Source: Melioribacteraceae bacterium
GTDB lineage: Bacteria; Bacteroidota; Ignavibacteria; Ignavibacteriales; Melioribacteraceae
Direction: 5' to 3'
DNA: 64,000 nt
Assembly: GCA_041674625.1 (NCBI GenBank)
Contig: JBAYVI010000001.1
Coordinates: 11,421 to 75,420 of the forward strand
A program made the translations under genes and the position numbers. Each line of letters opens with the position of its first letter. The first letter of the stretch is position 1. Shown piece after piece: positions 39,804 to 47,892 of this stretch. The notes beneath the pieces were generated by a model that had not been told where the DNA came from, did not search any database, and saw only the letters and a list, made by a program, of their open reading frames with translations.

Positions 39804-40902
39804 GGTGATGACAATTGTTGGGACTAGGCCCGAATTAATAAAAATGTCTAGGGTTATAGATAAATTAGATAAAAATACAAATCATATTTTAGTACATACT
39901 GGTCAGAATTATGACTATGAGTTGAATCAGATTTTTTTCGACGAACTTAAAATAAGAAAACCAGATTATTTTTTAGAAGTTGCTGGTGAAAATACAGCAC
40001 AAACGATAGCAAACATTATCGAAAGAACAGATAAGGTAATAGAGGCAGAAAGTCCAGATGCTTTTGTAATATACGGAGATACCAATTCGTGTCTTTCTGT
40101 AATTTCAGCCAAAAGGAGAAAAGTGCCTGTATTCCATATGGAAGCAGGCAATAGGTGTTTTGATCAAAGAGTTCCAGAAGAATTAAATAGAAAGATAATA
40201 GACCAGTTATCTGATATTAATATTGTTTTATCTGATAGAGCTAGAGAAAATCTTGTACTAGAAGGAATAAGACCAGAAACTATATTTAAGTCTGGTTCTC
40301 ATATGAAAGAAGTTTTAGATTACTACATGTCTGATGTGTATAGGTCAGACGTACTAAATAGATTAAAATTAAAAAGTTCAAGTTATTTTGTGTTTAGTTT
40401 TCATAGGGAAGAAAATATTGACGACATAGATAATTTAAAAACTATAATTAAATCGATAAAGGCAGTATCTGCAACATATAACCTCCCTGTTATAGTATCC
40501 ACTCACCCTAGAACAAAGAAAGCATTAGATGATTTAAATATTAGTACAGATGAAAAGATTATTTTTAGTAAGCCGTTTGGGTTATTTGATTACATAAAGT
40601 TGCAAATCAATGCAAAATGTGTTGTCTCAGATAGCGGTACAATAACAGAAGAGAGTTCTCTACTCGGTTTTCCTGCTGTTACTATTAGGAATACTCATGA
40701 AAGGCCAGAGGGAATGGATAATGGTGTTTTAATCATGTCTGGTGTAGATACTGGGTCAATAATGGATTCGGTAGATGTTGCTATAAAATGCGGCAAGCCA
40801 CATGCGATTGATGAATACAATAAACAAGATGTATCTACCCATATATTAAAATTGATATATAGTCATACTGGATACATTAATAGAACCGTATGGCATAAAT
40901 AA
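39796..40902 (+). CDS. non-hydrolysing UDP-HexNAc 2-epimerase (WecB/FnlC/CapG family)
   Basis: TIVGTRPELIKMS, YGDTNS, HMEAGNR and VSDSGTITEES. Confidence 0.85.
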   Translation: MLKVMTIVGTRPELIKMSRVIDKLDKNTNHILVHTGQNYDYELNQIFFDELKIRKPDYFLEVAGENTAQTIANIIERTDKVIEAESPDAFVIYGDTNSCLSVISAKRRKVPVFHMEAGNRCFDQRVPEELNRKIIDQLSDINIVLSDRARENLVLEGIRPETIFKSGSHMKEVLDYYMSDVYRSDVLNRLKLKSSSYFVFSFHREENIDDIDNLKTIIKSIKAVSATYNLPVIVSTHPRTKKALDDLNISTDEKIIFSKPFGLFDYIKLQINAKCVVSDSGTITEESSLLGFPAVTIRNTHERPEGMDNGVLIMSGVDTGSIMDSVDVAIKCGKPHAIDEYNKQDVSTHILKLIYSHTGYINRTVWHK

Positions 40903-40933
40903 TGATAACGGTTAATGTGTTATTAGTGAAGCA

Positions 40934-41758
40934 ATGAAAAGAATACCTAAGATAGTTCATATGTATTGGGACGGAACACCTATGTCTAAACTACAGACTT
41001 TTACTGTAACTTCTTTTTGTAGGTTAAATCCAGATTGGAAAGTAATAGTACATCTTGATAAATTAAGGTATCGTGGGAACAATAAATATATACCTTCCTA
41101 TGTACGAGAAGATTATTTCCATATAGTGAAGGATAATAAACAAGTTAATATAGATGAAGTAAATCTTTCTGATTATGGCGTCAGTGGAGATTTACATCCG
41201 ATATTAAGATCAGATATATTGAGGTATCATTGGCTATATAATGAGGGAGGTGTTTGGTCAGATTTTGATGTTATTTGGTTAAAACCTATTCATTATTTAA
41301 GCACTATAGCTGGAACTGATTCATTTGGGGTTACTTTATGCATGTACGATGGGAAAAAGAAACATCATAATGTAAGTGTATTGGTCAGTTCCAAAGGCCA
41401 CGAATTTTATAGGTATGCCATATATTTATGCAATGAAATAAAAAATAAAATAACAGAAAACCCGGACCATCAGGAGTTCGGGAATTCAATTTTTAATAAA
41501 GCATTCCCTAAGCCTGAAGACGCCTTGAGTAAATTCCCAGATATGATTAATTTAAAATATGAAACATTTTTCCCGTATTCTATTTTTAATATGGACGCGC
41601 TGTATTTAAGTACGGACTTAACGTATATAACAGACTCGGTTATTGGTGTACATTGGTTTAACGGCCACAAGTATAGTAAGGACTACGTAAATAACAATGG
41701 TTTCAGTAGAGATTGTAGTATGACAGAAATCATTAAAAATGAGGGTTATAATGACTAA
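40934..41758 (+). CDS. glycosyltransferase with DXD sugar-binding motif (Gly_transf_sug-like)
   Basis: IPKIVHMYW, RSDILRYHWLYNEGGVWSDFDV. Confidence 0.7.
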   Translation: MKRIPKIVHMYWDGTPMSKLQTFTVTSFCRLNPDWKVIVHLDKLRYRGNNKYIPSYVREDYFHIVKDNKQVNIDEVNLSDYGVSGDLHPILRSDILRYHWLYNEGGVWSDFDVIWLKPIHYLSTIAGTDSFGVTLCMYDGKKKHHNVSVLVSSKGHEFYRYAIYLCNEIKNKITENPDHQEFGNSIFNKAFPKPEDALSKFPDMINLKYETFFPYSIFNMDALYLSTDLTYITDSVIGVHWFNGHKYSKDYVNNNGFSRDCSMTEIIKNEGYND

Positions 41759-42584
41759 AAGAAATATTTTTTTATTTAAGGCAGAAGGAAAAGAAAATTT
41801 CGGAGAATACTTATGTAAGAGTGTTATACAAAAGATGGGGTTTGGACTTAATAATTATTCTAATGTTAACCAGATAACAGAACCAATTGATTATATAATG
41901 ACTGGGATAGGTGGATTTCTAAACAATGAAATCCATTCTTTATATTTAACTAAAGCCAAGAAGTGGTATGTGTGGGGTAGCGGAGTTCATTGCATTCCTT
42001 TACCTTGGCATAAATTATCGGAAGACATCATAAAGAACAAATGTATTATAACTGCTTTAAGAGGTCCGATGACCAGGGATTATTACGGGATCAAAGATGA
42101 TATTACACTAGGTGATGCTGGCTACTTAGCTTCTTATTTTTTTAAATTCCCAGTAAATGAGAAGAAGAAGAATGTACTCATTAATCATCATTATGATAAT
42201 GTTAAAAAACCGATGAAAGGAATAGATATTCATATATCGTCTTTGATGGACTCAGACATTAATGGTTCTTTTGACAATCAGTTTAAATACATATTGAATA
42301 GTATATGTAACGCAAATATAGTAATGACTAGCTCTATGCACGTAGCTATAGTTGCTTATTCTTATGGTATTCCCTTTGCAATGGTAGCCAAGAGAGAGAC
42401 TGATTTAGTTAAAGAGTGGAAGTGGCATGATACATTATTGAATATGGGCATAACAAAGAAAATAGTATTGTGTGAGAGTATAGAAGATGGTTGGGCTTGG
42501 TGGAACAGTGTTCAGAAAGATATACGTCCAATTACTAAAGAATATCAGGGAACAATAATAAAGGCATTTCCCGTAATACTATGA
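41739..42584 (+). CDS. polysaccharide pyruvyl transferase family protein
   Basis: The C-terminal VMTSSMHVAIVAYSYGIPFAMV is typical of PS_pyruv_trans. Confidence 0.65.
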   Translation: MRVIMTKRNIFLFKAEGKENFGEYLCKSVIQKMGFGLNNYSNVNQITEPIDYIMTGIGGFLNNEIHSLYLTKAKKWYVWGSGVHCIPLPWHKLSEDIIKNKCIITALRGPMTRDYYGIKDDITLGDAGYLASYFFKFPVNEKKKNVLINHHYDNVKKPMKGIDIHISSLMDSDINGSFDNQFKYILNSICNANIVMTSSMHVAIVAYSYGIPFAMVAKRETDLVKEWKWHDTLLNMGITKKIVLCESIEDGWAWWNSVQKDIRPITKEYQGTIIKAFPVIL

Positions 42585-43402
42585 AGTGTTATTTAGCATA
42601 TTCAGCAAATCCAGATGTAAGACATAAAGCGTCAACTGGGGGATTTTGCAAAGAATTTTTACGTTTTTGCATAGAGGGGAAAATAATAGATAAGTCAATA
42701 CTAACAATTCTTGGAGAAGGAGAAGAAGCTTTAATCCCAAGAACTATAATTACTGATGATATAGAGAAGATAATGTCTACGAAGAGTAATTCTATATATG
42801 ATAAAACTAATCCATTATCCATTTTATCTAGTTTGAATAAAAACGAAAGTTATATTTTTGTAGGTTTGCCATGTCATATTTACTCAGTTAAAAAATATTG
42901 CAGCAAACACAATATCCGAATTATAACAATATCTTTATTCTGCAATCATACATCAGACAATAAATATTATAAAAGTGTTTTAGATAAAGCAAACCTGAGT
43001 GAAATAGATGTAAAACATTTCGAATATAGAGGATCTGGATGGCCTGGGTTTGAAAAAATAATTACCAATGAAGACCAGGAAATTAAGATTGACCATATAG
43101 AGGGATGGGATAATTATGTAAAAAAATATATGCAAATGCTACCAAAATGCAAGGTGTGCACCAGAATGATTTCGGAAGAAGCAGACATATGTGTTGGCGA
43201 TGCATGGATGCAAAAAGTATTAAATAACGATAGCAATGGAACTAATATGGTTGTGGCGATGACCACAACAGCGGATAAACTTGTAATGGATTGTTGTAAA
43301 AGTGGATATATTCATATTGAACATTTAGATATATCTGAATTTGAGGCCCAGAATAATAGGTCTGTTAAAATTAAGAAAGATAGAAGAGAGGCTTATGAAT
43401 AG
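42581..43402 (+). CDS. F420-hydrogenase beta-subunit C-terminal-like (FrhB/FdhB-C) protein
   Basis: VGLPCHIYSVKK, RGSGWPG, CxxC and GDAW. This family is commonly paired with pyruvyl transferases in polysaccharide loci. Confidence 0.6.
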   Translation: MKCYLAYSANPDVRHKASTGGFCKEFLRFCIEGKIIDKSILTILGEGEEALIPRTIITDDIEKIMSTKSNSIYDKTNPLSILSSLNKNESYIFVGLPCHIYSVKKYCSKHNIRIITISLFCNHTSDNKYYKSVLDKANLSEIDVKHFEYRGSGWPGFEKIITNEDQEIKIDHIEGWDNYVKKYMQMLPKCKVCTRMISEEADICVGDAWMQKVLNNDSNGTNMVVAMTTTADKLVMDCCKSGYIHIEHLDISEFEAQNNRSVKIKKDRREAYE

Positions 43403-44255
43403 CTGGAGTATGTCGATCCCTAAGGTTCTCAATTTGTATTGGGGTAAAAATAAACCATTATCTTTTATGAAGTACCTGACCGCTTTATCTTTTGTGAAAC
43501 ATAACCCAGATTGGGAGATAATAGTTTATTACCCATCTGTGGTAGAAAGTAAAATATTGTGGGATAGCAATGAACAAAAAGAATATAATTATGATGACAT
43601 TGATTATTTTGATAGATTAAGTAATATTAAAAATTTATCTTTAAGGAAAACCGAGTTTGGTGAATTTTCAAACTTATCAGAAGTACATAAATCAGATCTC
43701 ATTAGGCTTAAAATATTATCAACATCAGGTGGGGTTTGGTCAGATTTTGATATTTTTTATACAAAATCGATTAATGAATTCGATCTAAATAATACTGACA
43801 ATAAATTAAAAGATACATTTGTTTGCTTCACTAGTTATCATAGTATCGGGTTTTTAATGAGTTCTGGGAATAATAAATTCTTTGAAGAACTATATAAAAT
43901 GGCAATATATAATATAAAAAATGCTGAAAATCTACAATACCAAAATTTAGGTAGGGATTTATATAATTATTTTTTTAAATATAATGATTATAAAGCGATT
44001 AATTATTCAATTAAATTCAATTGTAACATTGCAAACATTACATTTGAAACGGTATATCCACTACAATGGAACCAGATAGATTTAATATTTGGCGATAACA
44101 AACAGCGATTACCAGAAAATACAGTTGGCGTACATTGGTTTGCTGGATCTCCAATAACATCTAGTGTAGAGAATAAAATTACAGAAGAAAATATCCACCT
44201 TAATAAAGATAAATTCCTTCTAAAACTAATGTGTGAATTACTTGAAGAAATATAG
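43395..44255 (+). CDS. glycosyltransferase with DXD sugar-binding motif (second copy)
   Basis: IPKVLNLYW, KSDLIRLKILSTSGGVWSDFDI. ATG 43395 is preferred over the track's TTG 43341. Confidence 0.7.
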   Translation: MNSWSMSIPKVLNLYWGKNKPLSFMKYLTALSFVKHNPDWEIIVYYPSVVESKILWDSNEQKEYNYDDIDYFDRLSNIKNLSLRKTEFGEFSNLSEVHKSDLIRLKILSTSGGVWSDFDIFYTKSINEFDLNNTDNKLKDTFVCFTSYHSIGFLMSSGNNKFFEELYKMAIYNIKNAENLQYQNLGRDLYNYFFKYNDYKAINYSIKFNCNIANITFETVYPLQWNQIDLIFGDNKQRLPENTVGVHWFAGSPITSSVENKITEENIHLNKDKFLLKLMCELLEEI

Positions 44256-45042
44256 TATTGTGTTTCCTTATTATAAAAGATCTAGTCAACTCCATAATTC
44301 ACTTATTTCGTTCCAACATCACTATAAAGATAGAAATGATTATGAAGTAATTGTCGTTGAAGATATTAAAAACTATAATAATGCAGAAGAACACGAAAAA
44401 CTATTAAAAGTATTAAAGTTTTATACACAAAATGCCGATAAGGTAGTTAATATAAAACTGATAAAATCGAGCTTTGAGAATTGTTATAATCCAGCTCCTT
44501 TATTTAATTTAGGAGTGAAAAACGCTAGTGGCGAATATTTAATTATAACAAATCCAGAGATATTCCATAAAGATAATATATTGAGTGCATGTGATGATAT
44601 ATTGTCTAAATACGATGACCATTATATAGTATTTTCTTGCCTTAATGTTGATGAGTATCCTAAAAGTGTATCTGATTTTGATGAATTTACTTTTAAACCA
44701 AAAATGTGGTATCAACATTTAAAATATAGAAATGCTTTATTCCATTTCTGTTCCTGCTTGTCGAAGAGACAGTATGAAGAAATTGGGGGATTTGATGAAA
44801 TATATTCATTAGGTATTGCATACGATGATGACGATTTCAGAGAAACAATAAATAAAGCAGGGATTCAATTCATAGCAACTGATTCATTTTTAACATTGCA
44901 TCAAGATCATGGAAGTGTGTTTGATAAATTGCCTGATTATGAAAAGAGATTGAATAGAAATAAAGCGTTGTATTATTTGAAGAAGCAAAATAAGTCAAGT
45001 GAGTATATTAACCAATTTTTAGGAGAGAATTTTGGTGGATAA
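44233..45042 (+). CDS. family 2 glycosyltransferase
   Basis: SIVFPYYKR, VVEDIKNYN, and a later DDDD acidic motif (AYDDDDF). Confidence 0.65.
   Translation: MNYLKKYSIVFPYYKRSSQLHNSLISFQHHYKDRNDYEVIVVEDIKNYNNAEEHEKLLKVLKFYTQNADKVVNIKLIKSSFENCYNPAPLFNLGVKNASGEYLIITNPEIFHKDNILSACDDILSKYDDHYIVFSCLNVDEYPKSVSDFDEFTFKPKMWYQHLKYRNALFHFCSCLSKRQYEEIGGFDEIYSLGIAYDDDDFRETINKAGIQFIATDSFLTLHQDHGSVFDKLPDYEKRLNRNKALYYLKKQNKSSEYINQFLGENFGG
44413..44442 (+). promoter_or_regulatory. sigma-28/FliA-type motif embedded in coding sequence
   Basis: TTAAAGTTTT-N11-TGCCGATAAG read in frame as LKFYTQNADK. It shares the 23-nt ATTAAAAGTATTAAAGTTTTATA with the intergenic copy at 13863. Confidence 0.4.
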
Positions 45043-45715
45043 AGAGAACATCCGTTTGGGAATTGGGCTTCCATTGGTAGACGACAAGGTACACACTGCA
45101 TTTTTAGATTCCTTTGTGATGATGAAGAAGCCAAATTTCGTATATATTAGGCCAACATTCCCATCAATGCAGATTGATGTAATTAGAAATCAATTGGTTA
45201 AGCAAGCATTAGAATCTGGTTGTACTCATTTGTTGATGCTAGATACGGATCAGGTATACCATGACCCAGATATGATTAGTAAAATGCTGGAACACGATAA
45301 AGATGTTGTATCAGCTATCGTACATAGGCGCTATCCTGGCTTTGATCCCATCACTCTAAGGGGTGAACCTGGGAAGTACTTAATGGTTCCAGATGAAGAA
45401 ATTTTAGCAGCAAGAGAATTAGATAACCACCTAATTGAAATAGACGCGACAGGTGGAGGTTGTTTACTTTACAAGACTGAAGTATTTTTAAAAATCCCGC
45501 CAGCTTGGTTTGAATTTTCAAGAACTGAAGGCGGCGATGTCATAGGAGAGGATGTAAATTTTTGTTATAAATTGAAGCAAAATGGATATAAGATATATTG
45601 TGATACGTCTATTGATATTGGGCATTTAAGCAATTTAGAAATAAATTGGGCGACATATCGGCTTTACGGCCACTTAAAGAAACTACAAAAAGAAGATGAA
45701 AATAAGAAATTATAA
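45032..45715 (+). CDS. GT-A fold glycosyltransferase (paralog 3)
   Basis: LMLDTDQVYHDPDMISKMLEH, GEDVNFCYKLKQNGYKIYCDTS and GHL. TTG/GTG start after an AGGAGA SD. Confidence 0.7.
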   Translation: MVDKENIRLGIGLPLVDDKVHTAFLDSFVMMKKPNFVYIRPTFPSMQIDVIRNQLVKQALESGCTHLLMLDTDQVYHDPDMISKMLEHDKDVVSAIVHRRYPGFDPITLRGEPGKYLMVPDEEILAARELDNHLIEIDATGGGCLLYKTEVFLKIPPAWFEFSRTEGGDVIGEDVNFCYKLKQNGYKIYCDTSIDIGHLSNLEINWATYRLYGHLKKLQKEDENKKL

Positions 45716-45748
45716 ATAAGCAATTATAAATAAGCAGGAGGTATAAAT

Positions 45749-46165
45749 ATGGCACAAGCATATGCTGGACGTGAAACACAGGTAACATTGAATGGTGGCA
45801 CAATTAGTCTTTTAGGGTCTTGGACTCTTAATGGGCAGGAAGTTGAGCTTTTGGAGCAAACTGCTTTCGGAGACACCTATCGTCAGTTTTTGCCCGGTTT
45901 GAAGAGCGGAGGCACTATTTCTTTTAACGGTTTGTACGATGGCACCGATACTGCGGGCCAAACCGCCCTTCGGAATTATAACGCTAACAATACTAGCGTG
46001 ACTGACATTAAGTTATACGTGGATGATACCAGCTATTATACGCCGAGTACCACAAATCCATTATCATATTGCTGGGTGACTGGCTTTGATGTTGGCTCTG
46101 AGGTCGGTGGCTTAGTCACTGCTACATTTTCACTCGCCGTGTCTGGCAAGATGGTACTCGTATAA
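45749..46165 (+). CDS. major tail (tube) protein
   Basis: 138 aa with a strong GGAGG SD. The Gly/Thr-rich beta-type sequence is typical of siphovirus tube proteins. It is followed by chaperones and the tape measure gene. Confidence 0.7.
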   Translation: MAQAYAGRETQVTLNGGTISLLGSWTLNGQEVELLEQTAFGDTYRQFLPGLKSGGTISFNGLYDGTDTAGQTALRNYNANNTSVTDIKLYVDDTSYYTPSTTNPLSYCWVTGFDVGSEVGGLVTATFSLAVSGKMVLV

Positions 46166-46179
46166 TAAATTAAATAATT

Positions 46180-46229
46180 GTGGGATAGGACGGCCATCCG
46201 ATAAGCATAGACCTAGCTATGTTTCCCAC
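46180..46229 (+). promoter_or_regulatory. Y-shaped structured element, copy 4
   Basis: P1 GTGGGA/TCCCAC, then TA, P2 GGA-cggcca-TCC, GATAAG, P3 CATAG-acctag-CTATG, then TT. It ends 35 nt before ATG 46265. Confidence 0.6.
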
Positions 46230-46264
46230 TCTTTACAATTTCTAGGTTTCTGCTAGGAGAAAAT

Positions 46265-47131
46265 ATGGAAGAATTAAGGTTTTGTGAATGCAATTGTGGT
46301 GAGAGAGTTAAAAATAATAGGTATCGATTTTTATCGGGTCATGCTAAGAATCTAGCTAACCAAGAACCTCCGTTGTGTGCTTGTAATTGTGGGCAGAGAG
46401 TTGAATTTGATCATTGGAAAAATCGGTGGAATAAATTTGTAAATAATCATTACGTCCCTACAGAACAAGCAGTAAAAAATATTTCAAAAGCGAAAATTAA
46501 AAGTAACGAAACCAAAAGAATGAATAGGATAAAGGAATTGGGCCATCCTCCTGATTGCGCCTGTGGTTGTGGTGGAAAAGTATCGATGAATAGGAATCAT
46601 TCAAAGTGGAACGATTATTTAGTTGGTCATTTCCCAAAGGTTAGAAAAGTATCAGAAATTACTAAACAAAAGTTATCTGATATTGGGAAAGAGTTGGTCG
46701 GAGAGAAAAATCCATTTTACGGGAAATGTCATTCAAAAGAAACTAAAGAAAAATTAAGTCTATTAGCTATTGCGATGGGAAAGACAGGAGAAAAAGCTAA
46801 TAATTGGAAAGGTGGAATACACCCGATCTACCAGACAATAAGAAATTGTGAAAAATATCAATATTGGAGACTTAAAACATTCACCAGAGACGGGTTCGCT
46901 TGCCAAGAATGTGGAGACACAAAATCCAGGTTTAATGCTCACCACATATATCAATTTAAGCAAATTTTAGATGATTATAATATTACCACTCTTGAACAAG
47001 CCATAGCATGTGACGCTTTATGGGATATAGATAATGGAATCACACTTTGTAAGGAATGTCATAAAGAATTGCATAAAGCCATGAATAAGGCACTACGTAG
47101 AAAACAAAAGTTGCTTAAGACTATCAATTAA
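46265..47131 (+). CDS. HNH endonuclease with CxCxCG repeats and a NUMOD3-like motif
   Basis: Three C-x-C-x-CG-x-x-V repeats. GEKNPFYGKCHSKETKEKLS is NUMOD3-like. The HNH region is CQECG...AHHIYQF...NGITLCKECHKELH. Confidence 0.8.
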   Translation: MEELRFCECNCGERVKNNRYRFLSGHAKNLANQEPPLCACNCGQRVEFDHWKNRWNKFVNNHYVPTEQAVKNISKAKIKSNETKRMNRIKELGHPPDCACGCGGKVSMNRNHSKWNDYLVGHFPKVRKVSEITKQKLSDIGKELVGEKNPFYGKCHSKETKEKLSLLAIAMGKTGEKANNWKGGIHPIYQTIRNCEKYQYWRLKTFTRDGFACQECGDTKSRFNAHHIYQFKQILDDYNITTLEQAIACDALWDIDNGITLCKECHKELHKAMNKALRRKQKLLKTIN

Positions 47132-47235
47132 AAATTTTACCAAGTATTTAAGTATTCAGTTAAGAAACTATCTAACCAAATATCTAAACATCGTTAATAA
47201 GTACCTAAAGAGTAACCACAACTTAGGAGACCGCC

Positions 47236-47481
47236 TTGCATAATGTAAAAATTACATTAAAAAACGGTTCTAGTACTACTGGAATCGTAGAAGTAGATGG
47301 TAAAATTATGAAATGCAAGAGGGTAGAGTTCAAGGCTGATATTAATGATACTCCTACTGTAATACTAACCATAGTACCAAACATTGTTGAAATCAAAGCA
47401 GATGCTTTTGTTTTAGAAGACACTACATCTATGGGAGATGAGTGGCGTAGTTTTAAAAAATATGATGGAGGTAATGAATAA
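47236..47481 (+). CDS. hypothetical protein (81 aa)
   Basis: Track ORF with a TTG start after an AGGAGA SD. Confidence 0.45.
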   Translation: MHNVKITLKNGSSTTGIVEVDGKIMKCKRVEFKADINDTPTVILTIVPNIVEIKADAFVLEDTTSMGDEWRSFKKYDGGNE

Positions 47482-47892
47482 ATGACATGGGATCTCGAAA
47501 ATATTAATCCAAGCGTCAGGCACAACTTCAACGACGATGAGTACGTAGATTTTAGATTGGTTAGTGATGAGAAGATGCAGGAAATCCGCAAAGAAGTTGG
47601 CCTGAAAACAAAGCAGCGTTATATTCCTAATCCGAATACCAAACGCATGGATGTAGTACAGGATATGGACTTCAACGATGATCTAATGACTAAGTTCAAT
47701 GATGCCATTATTTGTTACCAGATTGATAATTGGAATCTTAAACAACCTACTGGATTAGAAATTCCATGTACCGATGAGAACAAGAAGAAGTTGTACTATG
47801 GCTCTCCGGTTTTCTCTAAATGGGCGAATAATTGTTTAGCTAAGATGCAGTCAAAGGTTGATGAAATTGAGGAAGTAGAAGTAAAAAACTAA
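47482..47892 (+). CDS. tail assembly chaperone (G-like)
   Basis: It lies between the tube and tape-measure genes and ends with the slippery A_AAA_AAC followed by TAA. Confidence 0.7.
   Translation: MTWDLENINPSVRHNFNDDEYVDFRLVSDEKMQEIRKEVGLKTKQRYIPNPNTKRMDVVQDMDFNDDLMTKFNDAIICYQIDNWNLKQPTGLEIPCTDENKKKLYYGSPVFSKWANNCLAKMQSKVDEIEEVEVKN

Noticed and set aside
18472-46229. Hammerhead (or other known small self-cleaving) ribozyme as the identity of the three-way-junction element
   Set aside because: The junction strands are UA, GAYAAR and U(U). The hammerhead core CUGANGA ... GAAA ... with a cleavage-site UH is absent in every circular permutation I tried. Only copy 3 has a partial CUGA.
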